Below are positions 62,332 to 64,000 of a stretch of 64,000 bases of DNA, in pieces. Source of the DNA: Pseudomonadota bacterium (lineage in GTDB: Bacteria > Pseudomonadota > Gammaproteobacteria > Burkholderiales > Rhodocyclaceae); assembly GCA_018241685.1 (NCBI GenBank), contig JAFEDJ010000019.1:1265-65264 (forward strand), in the 5' to 3' direction. The notes below the pieces were generated by a model. The model did no database searches. It saw only the letters and a list, made by a program, of their open reading frames with translations, and had not been told where the DNA came from. The translations under genes and the position numbers were made by a program. How positions within the stretch are numbered: position 1 is the stretch's first letter; each line of letters starts with the position of its first letter.

Positions 62332-63309
62332 ATGCTCGCCTATATCGTTCGTCGGCTGCTTTATGCACCGCTCATCCTTCTTGGTGTAAATCTACTCACT
62401 TTTGCCCTGTTTTTCGTGGTGAACACCCCGGATGACATGGCGCGCATGCAGTTGGGTGGCAAGCGCGTGACACCAGAGGCCATTGAGAGATGGAAGGTTG
62501 AGCGCGGCTACGACAAACCGCTGCTGTTCAATGTAGAAGCCCATGGTGTGGGGAGGGTGACGCAAACTGTCTTCTTTGAGAAATCCTTGAGGATGTTTGT
62601 CTTCGATTTTGGTCGGGCGGATGACGGACGGGATATCGCAACCGAGATCCGCGATCGGATGGGACCCTCGCTGGCCATTGCGTTGCCGACTTTCGTGTTG
62701 GGCTTGTTTGTGACCGTCGCCTTTGCGTTGCTGCTCGTTTTTTTTCGAGCGTCGTACCTTGATTTTTGGGGCGGGGTGCTGTGCATCGGAATGATGTCCA
62801 TTTCGGGGCTTTTTTACATCATTGGTGGGCAGTGGCTTGTTTCTAAAGTCTGGCATCTCGTTCCTATTTCTGGCTACGGTCAGGGGGCTGACGTCTCACG
62901 CTTTCTCCTGCTGCCAGTTCTGATTGGTGTCGTGGGAGGGATCGGGGCGAGTTCCCGCTGGTATAGAACGATCTTTCTCGAGGAGGTAGGAAAGGACTAC
63001 GTGAGGACGGCCAGGGCGAAGGGCTTGTCCGAACTGCAGGCCTTGTCCCGGCATGTATTGAAAAACGGAATGATCCCCATCCTGACGGGTGTGGTGGTGG
63101 TCATTCCATCCTTGTTCATGGGTAGCCTGTTGACGGAGTCCTTTTTTGGCATACCTGGGCTGGGGAGTTACACAATCGACGCAATCAATGCACAGGAGTT
63201 TCTGGTCGTGCGGGCGATGGTCTTCATCGGAGCGCTACTGTACATAGTGGGGCTGCTATTGACGGATTTATCGTACACATTGGTGGATCCGCGGGTGAGG
63301 TTGGAATGA
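62332..63309 (+). CDS. Peptide/nickel ABC permease (OppB/DppB-like)
   Basis: Y..RRLL, DFG.A.DG, DYVRTARAKGL EAA motif, E.FF.IPGLG. Confidence 0.92.
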   Translation: MLAYIVRRLLYAPLILLGVNLLTFALFFVVNTPDDMARMQLGGKRVTPEAIERWKVERGYDKPLLFNVEAHGVGRVTQTVFFEKSLRMFVFDFGRADDGRDIATEIRDRMGPSLAIALPTFVLGLFVTVAFALLLVFFRASYLDFWGGVLCIGMMSISGLFYIIGGQWLVSKVWHLVPISGYGQGADVSRFLLLPVLIGVVGGIGASSRWYRTIFLEEVGKDYVRTARAKGLSELQALSRHVLKNGMIPILTGVVVVIPSLFMGSLLTESFFGIPGLGSYTIDAINAQEFLVVRAMVFIGALLYIVGLLLTDLSYTLVDPRVRLE

Positions 63310-64000
63310 TGGCCTTTCAGCCCGTCGTGCTGTGGACCGACATGTTGCTGTTCGGGCTGCTTGCCTGTATTGCCCTGGCAATCAGCCGAGCCCGGAAGAG
63401 TGAGCCTTTGCAGGCGGCTTGGCGTCGTGTTGGTGAGAGTAGCGTTGGGATGGCTTCTCTCACCATTTTGCTGCTATTTCTGCTGGTAGGGGTGGTCGAT
63501 AGCTTGCATTACCGCTCGCGTCTGGGGGCAGAAACTGGATCCAAAGAGCAATTGTCGATCGAGGTCCGTAGCCTTTTTGATGCGCTTGCCGAGCCTCTGC
63601 GATCCAGGGTGGAAAAGACCTACTCGGCACCACTTGCCTATCGCCTTTTTGCAAGAGAGACCATCGAGGGGGCGGATGGCGTGCAGCGACGAGAGTTTCC
63701 GAGATTGAGGTTCGGTGGTAGTGGGTTGCAGTATCCGGGAGACGATCACGCAGGGGATGTGCTCGGACGTGTTGGTATTGGGTTGGCAGTAGCGGCAAGC
63801 TCATGGGGCGTGCTGGCGCTTGTCCTGGTGAAGTGGGTTGCTCTGTCTCGCAGCGTACCTCTCGGTGCGGCCTGGAGGGCAATCTGGAGAGGGCGAGGGG
63901 GCCTGGCTTGGCGTGCTGTGCTCGCAACCGCCGGTGTCGTCTGTGTTTTTGCTGGGCCGCTAATCGCCCTGGCGGGCGAATATCATGTGTTTGGCACGGA
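63306..64000 (+). CDS. ABC permease (OppC-like), 3' truncated by the window edge
   Basis: ATGA coupling to the upstream permease; MAFQPVVLWTD, EKTYSAP, ends at H.FGT. Confidence 0.8.
   Translation, partial: MMAFQPVVLWTDMLLFGLLACIALAISRARKSEPLQAAWRRVGESSVGMASLTILLLFLLVGVVDSLHYRSRLGAETGSKEQLSIEVRSLFDALAEPLRSRVEKTYSAPLAYRLFARETIEGADGVQRREFPRLRFGGSGLQYPGDDHAGDVLGRVGIGLAVAASSWGVLALVLVKWVALSRSVPLGAAWRAIWRGRGGLAWRAVLATAGVVCVFAGPLIALAGEYHVFGT

Overview
This 64 kb window comes from a GC-rich betaproteobacterial diazotroph (Rhodocyclales-like, inferred from gene content). Bases 1-5.8 kb are a visibly lower-GC accessory island. It holds a minus-strand array of single-gene or two-gene cassettes separated by degenerate attC-like sites, with no integrase in view. 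The cassettes encode a TIR protein with a ubiquitin-like C-terminus, a transglutaminase-like Cys-His-Asp protein, a Kiwa anti-phage pair and a MuF-like protein. The island ends with a c4 antisense RNA module that has both target sites, then a 420-bp non-coding array of AACAT/ATGTT palindromes. Next are alpha-2-macroglobulin/pbpC and a sigma54-type four-gene cluster (Tat-like Ser/Cys-motif protein, PqqD-like protein, HprK-related kinase, nucleotidyltransferase) that looks like an uncharacterised RiPP-style modification system. The middle holds cstA-ybdD-yjiA, parE, a sensor-kinase/GGDEF cluster including a doubly frameshifted kinase, and the nifENX-rseC-fdxB operon with a sigma54 promoter and two NifA sites. 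The right half is mostly housekeeping: recJ, a CsgG-like protein, an SH3-pseudocaspase, lolC/D, an MCP, a K+ channel, comEC, msrB, ppsR/ppsA, NfeD/SPFH and ABC permeases. All family calls are from motif recognition, not database searches.
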